64,000 bases of DNA, taken from IMG/VR virus record IMGVR_UViG_3300042462_000689, one strand, 5' to 3'. Below are positions 1 to 10,436 of this stretch, in pieces. The stretch is from a virus. The notes beneath the pieces are model-generated. The model did not search any database. It was not told the DNA's origin and saw nothing but the letters and a program-made list of their open reading frames with translations. A program made the translations under genes and the position numbers. Within the stretch, counting starts at the first letter, position 1, and each line of letters begins with the position of its first letter.

Positions 1-78
1 GGTTTACTACAACGGCCGGGATACCGGCAAATTCAAAGTGCTCGTCGGCGATCTGCCGGCAGCTTAACTGGTAATTCA

Positions 79-528
79 ATGAAACCAACCAACACCAAAG
101 AATACTTCGTCACGGAGAGCAACAGGATCGAGGGCATTTTACGCCCACCGACACAAGAGGAACTGGAGACTTTCGCGCATTTCCTGCGATTGCCGCACGT
201 CAGTGTGTTTGACCTGCATTCATTCGTAAGCGTCTATCAGCCGGATGCACAGCTGCGTAATGTAGTAGGGCGCAATGTGCGCGTCGGCCATCATTGTCCG
301 CCACCCGGAGGTCCGGAGATTCGCGAGCGGCTCATTGATCTACTGTCCCGCGCAAAACGCACACCGGACTCAGCTTATGCAATTCACCTGGAGTATGAAA
401 CCCTGCATCCGTTCACTGACGGAAATGGACGATCCGGTCGCGCCCTGTGGGCCTGGCAGATGCAAAGCTTCCCGTTGGGATTCCTGCATCACTTCTACTA
501 CCAGACCCTGAACGCCAACCAACACTGA
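79..528 (+). CDS. Fic-domain protein (putative AMP-transferase)
   Basis: Canonical Fic motif HPFTDGNGRSGR (HPFxDGNGRxxR); N-terminal FVTESNRIEG typical of short phage Fic proteins. Confidence 0.85.
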   Translation: MKPTNTKEYFVTESNRIEGILRPPTQEELETFAHFLRLPHVSVFDLHSFVSVYQPDAQLRNVVGRNVRVGHHCPPPGGPEIRERLIDLLSRAKRTPDSAYAIHLEYETLHPFTDGNGRSGRALWAWQMQSFPLGFLHHFYYQTLNANQH

Positions 529-529
529 C

Positions 530-724
530 ATGCCTGCATATCGCGTGCTTTGGGAGATCGACGTCATTACGGACAATCCAGTCGAAGCTGCCAGGGAGGC
601 CTTGAAAATTCAACTCGACGCCGGGCGTTCGTGGTCCGGGGTCTTTGATGTGTTCGACGACGAGGGTAATAAGATGCGGGTAGACCTTGATGAGGATCCC
701 GCTACCGCGGAACTCATAGGATGA
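530..724 (+). CDS. Small hypothetical phage protein
   Basis: 64-aa ORF in operon-like packing, overlaps next start (ATGA). Confidence 0.6.
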   Translation: MPAYRVLWEIDVITDNPVEAAREALKIQLDAGRSWSGVFDVFDDEGNKMRVDLDEDPATAELIG

Positions 725-1395
725 AAGACGGACCACCACCCCCACCGCAGGCACCCGCCAACCCCGCGACCATCAAGGTGTTGGCGGGGAACCTGCGTCG
801 GGAATATATTGAGAAGATGCGGCAACTGACCGGAAACAAGACCTACAAGCCGAAGACCAAGGACAATGAGCCGGCGGTATGGGAAAAAGTAGCGGCAGTC
901 TGCCACCGGCTGAATGCCCGGTTTGACAGTTTCCTTCAGGCGCAATTTGAGGAGACCAAAAACAAAGGCGGACCCTACGTCAATCAGCTGACCGGGGACT
1001 ACGCCGCCTCCTGCTACCTGACCTACAAGAACCGCTGTCAGGGCCCCGCAATGGAAGCTGGTCCGACCGCGACCGCGCCCACGGAACCGCCGGACTTCAC
1101 CATTCCAGCCGACAGAGACTTGGAATTATCCCTGGCCAGCATCGCAGACCAGTGCATGAAAGCAGCCGGAACCTGCAACCCATTGGATCCGAAAGTGCAG
1201 GCGATATTCTTCCACGAATACTCCGGCATTCCTCCGGTCCTGCGCTGCGCCCTGTGTGGGGATGATCCGGAGGTGTTCCGCAAATACGGAAAGCAGGCCC
1301 GCGCCGCGCTGGAAGGCGATAGTCCCATGCAGAACGCCATGCGAGTGCTGGGCCTGCCAGTGCACGAAATACTCAACTATCAATCAAATGACTGA
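721..1395 (+). CDS. Hypothetical protein (replication cluster)
   Basis: 224-aa ORF upstream of helicase, overlapping neighbours; no recognised motif. Confidence 0.6.
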   Translation: MKDGPPPPPQAPANPATIKVLAGNLRREYIEKMRQLTGNKTYKPKTKDNEPAVWEKVAAVCHRLNARFDSFLQAQFEETKNKGGPYVNQLTGDYAASCYLTYKNRCQGPAMEAGPTATAPTEPPDFTIPADRDLELSLASIADQCMKAAGTCNPLDPKVQAIFFHEYSGIPPVLRCALCGDDPEVFRKYGKQARAALEGDSPMQNAMRVLGLPVHEILNYQSND

Positions 1396-1858
1396 ATTAC
1401 AACATTGGAGCGACAAACTGGCGGAGTTGCATGAGCCCAAGGTAGTTCCTACCAAGGAATCACCCCACTGCACCCATAATCATGTTTTTGCGTATCTCAT
1501 GAAGTATGCCAAGATCGACTTCCAGAAACGCACGTTCACGATGCAATGTCGACATGGAGAAGAAATCACGGAGCAAACTATTTCCGTGTTTTTGCCGGCG
1601 TTGTGGGAGTGGGCGGATAAGCATATCGCCCGTATGGGAGAAGTGATTGGGGGTCTTATACGCCAGGCAGACGCAGACGGCATCCCGCTGGCGTATGCGA
1701 CCATCCCCTACGAATGGCGGCAATTCAAGATGTCGCACATTTTGGGAGTGCGGCTGAGCTACGAAAAGGATGCCTTTATGGCATTCTCATACCTGCAATA
1801 CGGCAGATTCTACTGCGCGGAGGATCCCGGTGCAGTAACTGAACCAAAGGAAACATGA
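1388..1858 (+). CDS. Hypothetical protein
   Basis: Start reassigned to ATG 1388 (caatcaaATG context) within track ORF 1256..1858; stop overlaps helicase start. Confidence 0.6.
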   Translation: MTELQHWSDKLAELHEPKVVPTKESPHCTHNHVFAYLMKYAKIDFQKRTFTMQCRHGEEITEQTISVFLPALWEWADKHIARMGEVIGGLIRQADADGIPLAYATIPYEWRQFKMSHILGVRLSYEKDAFMAFSYLQYGRFYCAEDPGAVTEPKET

Positions 1859-3321
1859 GCAACAAGCTGATTAAAAATTCCGTCCACAGCTTCCTGCGGG
1901 CCAATCGGGAGCTGTTCGAAATGCATGTGCTGGCGTCCGTCTGGTGGGACCAGAAGTTCTTCATGCGCGTGATGCCGATGCTCTGCCGAGGACCCGATGA
2001 GAAGACACCCTGGACGGATGATTTCTCCGATCCAAAGCGCTCGGCCGTCTATCGCGCCATGTACGACTACAACATGGCCTGGATGAGCACCAACCGCGAT
2101 CCGAAGGCCAGGCTGCAGCCCATCGACATCGGCACGCTGCAAGGCTACCTGGTGTCGTATGCGCAGGCGGGACACACGCTGACCGAGGACGAGGTGATGC
2201 CGGCGGTGCAGATTTGGGTACAGGCCTGCACCATGGCCCAGGCTGTGAACATGCAGTTCATGAATCTGGCGGTGGGAGCTTGGATGGAAAGCCAACGGAC
2301 TGAGGGAATGCTGAAGCGTCGGCTGAGCACGCGGAACTTTGAGGGCATGGTGGATCAGCTGGCAAAGATGAAGGCAGCCATGCAGCCCAAGGGGGAGCGG
2401 AATCAAATCTTTGGATTCGGACATGGCATCGACAACGAGCAGCTGGAGGTCATGCGTACGCCCACGCATTTCAAACCATTGGACCGGGCGCTGGGCGGGG
2501 GATTCGGGCAGGGGGAAGGGTCGCTCATCATCGCGGCCACCGGCGGGGGCAAGACGGTGTTTGCCACCCAAATGGCGGCGCTGATGTCCATGAATGGGGC
2601 CCGCGGCGTGTTCATTTCCACGGAGCAGCCGTTCCAGGAGTTGGAACCCCGCATCGTGTCGGCAATATGCCATGTGCCGTTCGACACGATCAAGGACCGG
2701 GTGGTTACGACAAAATTCGAGAGAGACCAATTGATGGAATATGCAAAACTGCGCGAGAGGCTGACCGCCAAAACCTTCTCCTTTGTGAACTGGGATGCCG
2801 ATTCGGAAACGGATGTGATGGCGGAAGTGGACTCGATCGTCGAACGCGCCGGCTCCACCATGGGCGGCGTGGATTACCTGATCTTTGACTGGTTGGGGAA
2901 GGCCCTTGGGAAAAATGTGATGCATGATCCCGCGCGGTATCGGCTGGCCCTGCTCTCAGGTGCCACTGCAATCGTGGAGATGGCGAAGAAATACAAGCTG
3001 AGCGCCATTGCCATGGCCCAGGGGCATCCGGGACGTTGCAAAAACAATCCTCGGGTGGATTCCACCTGCCTGACGGAATGTCTCACGCTTGGCAATGACA
3101 TGACCACCATCGTCGGAATCACCACGATGCTGAAGCCGGAGACAGAAAAGAAAACATGGGAGGCAAAGGATGAACCCACCTTTGAGGAAAAGCAGTCCTT
3201 CTACATGGGGAAGGCGCGCAAATCGCAGGCCTGCAAAGTGCCCGTGGTGCGGGACTTCGGATATCAAAGGTTCCGCCAATTTACCGCGGCGGACTTCAAC
3301 AAATACAAACAAGAGAAATGA
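1855..3321 (+). CDS. DnaB-like (SF4) replicative helicase
   Basis: Walker A AATGGGKT, FISTEQ (H1a), YLIFDW (Walker B), C-terminal GKARK; 488 aa in replication cluster. Confidence 0.85.
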   Translation: MSNKLIKNSVHSFLRANRELFEMHVLASVWWDQKFFMRVMPMLCRGPDEKTPWTDDFSDPKRSAVYRAMYDYNMAWMSTNRDPKARLQPIDIGTLQGYLVSYAQAGHTLTEDEVMPAVQIWVQACTMAQAVNMQFMNLAVGAWMESQRTEGMLKRRLSTRNFEGMVDQLAKMKAAMQPKGERNQIFGFGHGIDNEQLEVMRTPTHFKPLDRALGGGFGQGEGSLIIAATGGGKTVFATQMAALMSMNGARGVFISTEQPFQELEPRIVSAICHVPFDTIKDRVVTTKFERDQLMEYAKLRERLTAKTFSFVNWDADSETDVMAEVDSIVERAGSTMGGVDYLIFDWLGKALGKNVMHDPARYRLALLSGATAIVEMAKKYKLSAIAMAQGHPGRCKNNPRVDSTCLTECLTLGNDMTTIVGITTMLKPETEKKTWEAKDEPTFEEKQSFYMGKARKSQACKVPVVRDFGYQRFRQFTAADFNKYKQEK

Positions 3322-3545
3322 GTAAAACGATCGACCAAATTGCAAGTGATTGCGATCTACACGGAGCGGACATTGAAACGCTGAGGGACATCCTCGAAGA
3401 CAAGACGGCGGTGATGCAGGAGCAATCCCCGACGAAAGACGGATTCTGTGACATCATCGAGGCGCTCTACCGGCGCATTGAAAAGCTGGAGGAGGAGAGG
3501 GCAACGCTGGAGCGCAATTTCGCGCAGGCAGGTGGTCTGTGCTGA
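3318..3545 (+). CDS. Hypothetical protein, paralog A
   Basis: MSKTIDQIASDCDL...IIEALYRRIEKLEE, similar to next ORF. Confidence 0.6.
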   Translation: MSKTIDQIASDCDLHGADIETLRDILEDKTAVMQEQSPTKDGFCDIIEALYRRIEKLEEERATLERNFAQAGGLC

Positions 3546-3557
3546 ACCCCCGACCAA

Positions 3558-3950
3558 ATGAGTAAAACAACCAAACAGATAGCGGAAGACTGCGGACTCG
3601 ACGATCCACTCGGGAAGATTCTCGATGGAATCCTGACGGAGCGATACAAAGCGCTCGATCAGGGCGAGGAGTATCTGCAAGAAATCGTCGGCGCGCTCTA
3701 CCGGCGCATTGTGGTGCTGGAGGAATTGGTCGATGAACTGTGGGTATCTGAATGCGAGGACATCTTCCTCGTCAGTCAGACCTGCAACGGTGGCGAATGG
3801 AACAAGCTCGTCAAAAGCCAGGAGCGGTGGTGGTATTCGGAGCAAGAAGCGCAGCGCTGGCTGGATACGCAGGAGGACTGGTTCAAGGAAAGCAACAAGG
3901 TGTTCAAATGCAGGATCAACCTGACGGACATCCAGAGGACACAACAATGA
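3558..3950 (+). CDS. Hypothetical protein, paralog B
   Basis: MSKTTKQIAEDCGL...IVGALYRRIVVLEE. Confidence 0.6.
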   Translation: MSKTTKQIAEDCGLDDPLGKILDGILTERYKALDQGEEYLQEIVGALYRRIVVLEELVDELWVSECEDIFLVSQTCNGGEWNKLVKSQERWWYSEQEAQRWLDTQEDWFKESNKVFKCRINLTDIQRTQQ

Positions 3951-4380
3951 GCAAATCAAAGACCAGGAAGAAAACGGTTTCCGAGCTGTACAACGAATAC
4001 AGCTTCCATATCGGCGGCATGCGCCGCAGCGAATTGGAGGATGAGTTTTTCGAGATGTGCGATGAAGTGGAGGTGCAGGGACTGCAGGCGGTCTACCCGC
4101 ACATGGATGGGTTTACAGGGAACAGCAGTGACGAAGTCCGCAGCATGCTGCTGGATTACTTCGAGGGGAAACAGGAAGGCCGAACCAAATTCAAAGAATG
4201 AAATCAAAACCCAAAAAGACTGAAGAACCAAAAGAGACCGGATGGACCTATTCCGCATACCGGGCGACGCTGAAAAAGGACGGCAAATTCTTTGCGTTTG
4301 TGACGCCGGACGGCAGGGATTGCCTGGGTCCGGTGCAGATAAAGGAATTACTGAATGCCCTGAATGCCGGGAGGGGGTAA
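3947..4380 (+). CDS. Two small hypothetical ORFs (3947..4201, 4198..4380)
   Basis: ATGA-overlapped chain with A-rich start contexts. Confidence 0.5.
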
Positions 4381-4381
4381 A

Positions 4382-4921
4382 ATGAACACCGTAATTCAAC
4401 TCGTCAGCGGTCACTACTTCAATTTCCTCAATCCCGAGGAATCGGTATTTGGAATTGAGGATGTGGCACATGCGTTGTCGCACATCTGCCGGTTTACCGG
4501 GCATGTGCGGGAGTTTATGAGCGTGGCTCAGCATTCCGTAATGGTCAGTCGTATCGTCCCGCCGGAGCATGCGCTGGCTGGTCTCCTGCACGATGCCTCG
4601 GAGGCCGTGATGGGGGACGTGTCGAGCCCACTGAAGGCCCTACTGCCGGATTACAAGGCGATTGAGAAAAGAGTGCATGCCGCCATCATGGCGCGCTTTG
4701 GACTGCCGTCGGAATTACCAGACTGCGTAAAGGCGGCGGATTTGGTGATGCTGGCAACGGAGCGCCGGGATTTGATGCCAGCCGAGGACAACGACACTGA
4801 ATGGTCTGTGCTGCATGGGGTGGTGCCGCTGATGGTGCGCCTTGAACCCATGCATCCGGTAATCGCCAGGGCTTTGTTCTTGCGGCGGTATGCGGAGATT
4901 ACAGGTGGGAAAATTAACTGA
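4382..4921 (+). CDS. HD-superfamily phosphohydrolase (YfbR/YfdR-like 5'-deoxynucleotidase)
   Basis: [17 protein letters not shown]...SVAQHSV...[18 protein letters not shown] signature of phage YfdR-like HD proteins. Confidence 0.85.
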   Translation: MNTVIQLVSGHYFNFLNPEESVFGIEDVAHALSHICRFTGHVREFMSVAQHSVMVSRIVPPEHALAGLLHDASEAVMGDVSSPLKALLPDYKAIEKRVHAAIMARFGLPSELPDCVKAADLVMLATERRDLMPAEDNDTEWSVLHGVVPLMVRLEPMHPVIARALFLRRYAEITGGKIN

Positions 4922-4942
4922 GAACACCAACCACATCAATAA

Positions 4943-5248
4943 ATGCGCAAATACGAAGAAAAAGTCACACTCGTCAAAAAACGAGTGAAGGTGGTCATTG
5001 AATGCGACCTGTGTCGTGCAAATCGGAATCATTGGGCACAGAACCCATGGGAGATCGGACAGACCGAGGTCAGCATGCGCATTGGGGAGCTGGATCCCGG
5101 CGGGGACTTCGGGGAGGACACCACGGTGGATCTGTGCCCGAAATGCTTCACCGAGAAGCTGCTGCCATGGCTGAAGACGCAGGGCGTCAAACCCCGCACC
5201 GAGAAGTGGGAAGAGCCGAACACACCCAGCCTGGAAGATCGCGATTGA
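4943..5248 (+). CDS. Hypothetical protein with two CxxC pairs
   Basis: CDLC...CPKC; caataaATG start. Confidence 0.6.
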   Translation: MRKYEEKVTLVKKRVKVVIECDLCRANRNHWAQNPWEIGQTEVSMRIGELDPGGDFGEDTTVDLCPKCFTEKLLPWLKTQGVKPRTEKWEEPNTPSLEDRD

Positions 5249-5466
5249 CGGGTTCTCGTGATGTGTGCGAAGGTGTTGTCGTCCGCAAGGACTAGGGGTA
5301 CCAATCCTCCGATTGTCGAAGCATCACACTAGACATAAACGCAGAAAATCTTAATGCCCGCTTGTGGTGGGCCGTATCCTCGTTGGTCCGCCGTGTGATG
5401 CCGGCGTAAACCTTTTTGTTGGTCTTGGATACTCCACCACTCGCGGGCGCCTTTTTATCTACGTCT

Positions 5467-6924
5467 ATGCAAAACTCAGATCCGCACCCAAATCCCCCCA
5501 AGCGCAGGACAGCGCGACTCGTAAGATCCGTGGCCCCATGGGAGATCGACATTCTTTGTCAGGAGGTGGAGCAGGCCACCATGCTCCACTACTTCCAATG
5601 GACCACGCAGAAGCACATCGAATGGAAGACGCCGCTGGCCATGCGGTTCACTGAGGCGGACATCCGTCGGCAGGTATTCGCGGGACGAGGCGACCCCAAG
5701 ACCGTTCGAAAATGGCTCCGGGCCATGGTGGACGAGAACCTCATCACAATCACCAAAGATCCATCCAAGTTCGTGAACGGGTATCCCGACCGAGCGAACT
5801 GGATCACTGTCAATATGGAGGAGGTCAATCGGCGGAAAAAGCTGTGGGAAAACAGGCAGTGGGATGCATGGAATCCAGAGAAAAACAGGCTGCGTCCATC
5901 CGGGAATTTTCCCGGATCGTTAGCAGGGGGGATCGTCGGGACAGAACGACACACCCAACAGGTTCAAAACTCCCAAATGGAGGGGGATTGTCCATCCGGG
6001 AAATTTCCCGCACTAACAGGATCATCAGAAACAGGAACAAAAAGATCCCTTCCTTACCTTCCCCCAAGTCCGCAACCGGAGACCATCCGGGATTCCCTCC
6101 CGGCGGAGCCGGGTCCCTCCCTTGAAAGAGAAGAATCTTTTTTGGGCAGACCCGAAAGCAAAAGGAAAACCGGCAGCGTTAAGAATCTGGTCTGGAGGAT
6201 CCACCTCGATCCGGTGCCGCAGGACAGCGACGCCCTTGTGACATTCTCCAGGGACCGCTGGGGTATGCGCCTCGCGCACCTGCTGAACATCCAGACCATC
6301 GGCCACCAGGAAGCTCGGAGCTTCAATACCCGGATCACCAACGGCACCCTTGGAACATTGGAGTTTCTCTGGCTGGTGCTGGTTTGGCACCCCCGGAATA
6401 CCGGGACTTACGTCGGGGGGATCATGTCGCTGCTCAAACACCTTCCCGGTCAAATGGAGTCAGCCACATCCCCGGCCCGGAAGGAATTGGATAAAGCGAT
6501 GCAGGATTACCTGATCACCTCAGACAACCCGAGAGAGATTTCCGACATGAAAAAGCAGATTGTCTTTCTGTGCGATGTGACGAAGTCCTTGCCAATGACG
6601 GATGCCCAAATCCCGGATATGGAGGCCTGGGCCAGCCTCTGGCGGTGCTACGTCACCCTGCGCAAGACGGATGTCGCAGAGGCCGACAAGATGAAGGCCC
6701 GGTATTTTACCCACCTGCTGGTTCAGGAGGGATACCCGGCGATGGAGGAGGAAGCCGGGCAGGAAGACCAGCCCGAAGACCCTGAGGAGCCCGCCAGCGA
6801 GCTAGACTGCGCTCCGCGCCCCGAGACCGCGGAATGGGCGTACCGGGGCCACGGCGCCCTGTTTACGCCACCGCCGCACCCCTGCCCGGAAAGGATGATA
6901 CTCAACCCCGATTCACATGATTAA
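5467..6924 (+). CDS. Putative replication initiator (N-terminal winged HTH)
   Basis: N-terminal segment (...PKTVRKWLRAMVDENLI...YPDRANWITVN) resembles phage initiator wHTH domains; low-complexity linker carries palindromic DNA repeats; lies between helicase and primase. Confidence 0.5.
   Translation: MQNSDPHPNPPKRRTARLVRSVAPWEIDILCQEVEQATMLHYFQWTTQKHIEWKTPLAMRFTEADIRRQVFAGRGDPKTVRKWLRAMVDENLITITKDPSKFVNGYPDRANWITVNMEEVNRRKKLWENRQWDAWNPEKNRLRPSGNFPGSLAGGIVGTERHTQQVQNSQMEGDCPSGKFPALTGSSETGTKRSLPYLPPSPQPETIRDSLPAEPGPSLEREESFLGRPESKRKTGSVKNLVWRIHLDPVPQDSDALVTFSRDRWGMRLAHLLNIQTIGHQEARSFNTRITNGTLGTLEFLWLVLVWHPRNTGTYVGGIMSLLKHLPGQMESATSPARKELDKAMQDYLITSDNPREISDMKKQIVFLCDVTKSLPMTDAQIPDMEAWASLWRCYVTLRKTDVAEADKMKARYFTHLLVQEGYPAMEEEAGQEDQPEDPEEPASELDCAPRPETAEWAYRGHGALFTPPPHPCPERMILNPDSHD
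5895..6097. repeat. Iteron-like palindromic repeats inside initiator gene
   Basis: TCCATCCGGGAATTTTCCCG (5895-5914), TCCATCCGGGAAATTTCCCG (5991-6010), partial CCATCCGGGATTCCC (6083-6097). Confidence 0.6.
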
Positions 6925-6944
6925 ACCAAAACACACAAAACAAT

Positions 6945-8053
6945 ATGAATGACCTGCGTCCTATTTACGATGAAATGTTGGAACACACCAGTGACAAAGT
7001 CACCGCCGCGCTTCTGACCTTGGCTGATGTCATCCAGAACAAACACATGATCGATGTGGCGTCCGGGGAAAACTTCGGGCACGAACTGGCTTTGGCTTTG
7101 AAGAATGTCTTTAAGAATAGCTCCATTTCGACAACCGCAAGCGTATCCATGGAAGGTCCGATTGAAGTATCGGTGAACGTGGACGAAATGCCCGTGGTGA
7201 CCGTTGAAAACGCAGAGTGATGGCAACAGAAGAACACACCCTGCGCCCGGACTTCCACCTGGTGGTCGAGCCGCACAATCTGGAATACTGGAACATCCCC
7301 GAATACCGGGACAAGATCGCCTCCATCGAAACCGTCTGGCTTTTCGACCGCAACGTCCACGTCCACTGCGCCGAGCTGACGCCCAGCTACGAGATGTGGC
7401 CCGTCGAAACCCGCGTAAATCTAAAGGTGGCCTTTGCCGATGAGGAGGAATTGCGTAATGACATTGAGGACATCGTGCACTCCAACTCGGATTACGACAT
7501 CGGCTATCAGCATGTCCATGATGTGGAGGCGTGGCTGAAGAACCCACAAATGAGACACAAGAGACTGGGAGACATAGGAGACGGGGTCTCTTACGAAGAG
7601 GAAAGCTACGAAGAGCAACGGGATGCCGCTATCGAGCGTTGCCGGTGCAATACCCAAATCTGAACAATGAAAAAACAAGACTTCATCCAGGAATTCATGG
7701 AACGGCAGCGAAACCTCACACCCGACGAATGCGCCGATCTGTCGGCGTTTGTGGCGCAGGAGCTGTTCGGGCATTCGGGGCCCAACCCCATCAGCGACCA
7801 AATGCAGGAACTGGAAGAGATGCGCGCCGCCTACGCCGCAATTCGGGAGGCCTTGCAGGCCTCGCAAATGTTCAAGGACGCGGACATTGACTGGGACACA
7901 TTCCCAACGAAGACGCTGTGCATGGCGCATGTGGAGATCCTGAAGCTGAGCAAGAGCCTGAATACTTGCCGGAAGGCATTGGCGCCATTTACGGCAGTCT
8001 TCAACCAGCAGCATGTCGCCGACGCCAAAAAAGCGATGGAGGAAACCAAATGA
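6945..8053 (+). CDS. Three hypothetical ORFs (6945..7220, 7220..7663, 7667..8053)
   Basis: Contiguous + strand ORFs with phage-like codon usage. Confidence 0.55.
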
Positions 8054-8113
8054 ACATCACCGCCGAGTCCAGGTTTCCTGGGTGTCGGATCAATTGCGTG
8101 ACGTACTGCTGAC

Positions 8114-9391
8114 ATGCTGACCCCATTCCCCATCCAAACTCCCACCGGCATCACCGCCGCCCCCAATGTGGTGCTGCCGCGGGAAGTGGAAATGCTGGCC
8201 GGCGCCCTGGCGCGCATTCACGGGCATGTGAACATCCGCAGGGAAAAGGGCGGCCTGCAAATTATGATGGCTTGCCCGGAATGCCTGCAAAGGGACGGCA
8301 AGAAGGAATTGAGTTCCCGGCATCTGGCCGTGAATGCGGAGCGGAATCTGGGCCTCGGCAAATACGCGATGCAGGTCGGACAGTACAATGCGGACTACTC
8401 GGGGTTCTGCATGAAGCACTCGTCCTCAACCGGCAAAGGCATGTTGGTCTCCGATCTGCTGGTCATGGTTCCTCTGAAAGAGCGCGGATATCCCGATGCT
8501 CCGCTGGGAGGCATCACACGCCCCGCCCCCGGCAAATGTCTCATCCCTGACGGCAAGGGCAACATGATCCCCGATCATCCCGGTGAGGTGATTTCCTTGC
8601 TGGATTTGCCCTCAAATCATCCGGCTGTAGAATATCTGGTCAACCGCGGCTTCGACATCAAATCGCTGACGGTGCAGTTCCGGGTGGCGTATTGCGTGCA
8701 GGAGGCGCCCAAGAACGAGGAAATGGGCCGCTATTATCGCGCACTGCCGTGCGGGTTCAAGGATACGCCGCAGAACCGGATCATCTTCTACGCGGACATG
8801 CAGGGCGTGCAGCGCAACTGGCAGGCCCGCATCATTGAGAAGGTAGTCGGGGACATCAAATACTTCCTGCACCCATATCAGAATGACTGGATGCCCATCC
8901 AGCGCAAGAATCCGTCGACGGGCGAGTGGGAGGTGATGGACCATGTGAAAAAGGATTCATCGCTAGCGTGGAAACCGCAGAAATACAAATCGGCCTTCAG
9001 CTCAGAGCGCAACAACACAATCATGGGGCTGGATGCGGCGATTCGTTGGAACAGGCTAATGCGGTTGCCAAAGACATTGGCCATCATCACAGAGGGACCT
9101 GGTGACGCTGGTAGATTCGGACCACCAGGAGTTTGCGTGATGGGCCGCTTCCTGGCAGATGCACAGGCGCGCATACTCCTCGATAACTTCCAGTGCGTGC
9201 TTTACGCAGGGCAGAACGCAGTTGAGTCCCGGCAATTGGGAAACCAGATCGAAATCGCCATGGTAGGCAGGGCGGAATACGCAGCGATCTATCCGCCCGA
9301 GGGAACCAAGGACGTGGGCGACATGACAACAGAGGCGGCGTGGGCAATTGCTCGCGCGGCAATTAAACAACACTTCAAAATTACATTATGA
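8114..9391 (+). CDS. DnaG-type DNA primase
   Basis: N-terminal Zn-binding CPEC...C..H; TOPRIM ITEGPGDA and KDVGD motifs; YLVNRGF segment typical of phage primases. Confidence 0.8.
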   Translation: MLTPFPIQTPTGITAAPNVVLPREVEMLAGALARIHGHVNIRREKGGLQIMMACPECLQRDGKKELSSRHLAVNAERNLGLGKYAMQVGQYNADYSGFCMKHSSSTGKGMLVSDLLVMVPLKERGYPDAPLGGITRPAPGKCLIPDGKGNMIPDHPGEVISLLDLPSNHPAVEYLVNRGFDIKSLTVQFRVAYCVQEAPKNEEMGRYYRALPCGFKDTPQNRIIFYADMQGVQRNWQARIIEKVVGDIKYFLHPYQNDWMPIQRKNPSTGEWEVMDHVKKDSSLAWKPQKYKSAFSSERNNTIMGLDAAIRWNRLMRLPKTLAIITEGPGDAGRFGPPGVCVMGRFLADAQARILLDNFQCVLYAGQNAVESRQLGNQIEIAMVGRAEYAAIYPPEGTKDVGDMTTEAAWAIARAAIKQHFKITL

Positions 9392-10430
9392 GCGCAGAGA
9401 AAAAAGAGATCTACATCGCGTCTCGGGCGGTCGGAAAATCAACGGTAAAGATGTGCATGCAGCGGCTCAGGGGGGCTAAAGCGACACCTGGGTTGTTGGT
9501 GAACTGTCGCAAATGCGACAAATTCACAACGGGGGTATCGGTATCATCTACGCGCATCATTTGCGCGCAATGCGGGGAGCCCATTTGAAATGACCGCCTC
9601 TGAACTCTTCCACGCGGACGGCAAACCCACCGGCGTCTTCTACTGCGGGAAATGCCGCATCGTCCACCGGGACCGCATCATGGCGGACAATTGCTGCGTA
9701 CCCTATCGTTGCAAGTACTGCGACGTGGAGGTCGACAAATACCGGCTGGTCTGTGCTGCTTGCTGTAGAAAGCAGGATATTGCCAAAGAGGCTGCCCGAT
9801 TCGAGAAGGCCGAGAAGCTGACTGCGTGGGATGGTCCCGTGGTGATGCCGGATAGCGATCGGTATTTCTCAGATGTCGGCGACTACCTCGACCAGATGGA
9901 ATGGGACGAGGAGCAGACAGAGTGTGAATACCTCTGGACGTGCCACGCGAAGCCCGTCTGCCATTTGGATTACGACACAATCATCGAGAACGCCACGCAG
10001 GAGCCCTACGAGGATTTCGATCCGGAGAGCCTGCGCGGACGCAAGGATCTGGAGGTGGCACTGGCTGTTTTCAATGAGCTGAACAAAGGAAATGTCTGCT
10101 GGACGCCCGACTACAAGGTGGCGCTGCTGCTGCCTAAAACGAAGATAGAGGAACCAAATGGCTAATTACACCGAAGAAGAACTGAAACATTGGTGGGTGG
10201 CCAAATGCCCCGAATGCGGGTGGGAAGGGCTGAGCCGGGACGCCGAGGGCGGACGCGCCATTGCGGACACGGGCGACTACGACGACGTCATCTGTCCCGT
10301 CTGCATTCACAATGAGGATGGCAAATGGCGAGGGGACTTCGTCGTCGTGGAGGAGGTCACCAACTACCATGGAGAAGAACACACCGGAGACGTGCCTTTA
10401 CGGCGACCTGATTGCGTATCCGAAGAATAA
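9388..10430 (+). CDS. Three Cys-rich hypothetical ORFs (9388..9588, 9590..10165, 10158..10430)
   Basis: Multiple CxxC pairs; packed between primase and polymerase. Confidence 0.55.
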
Positions 10431-10436
10431 AACCAA

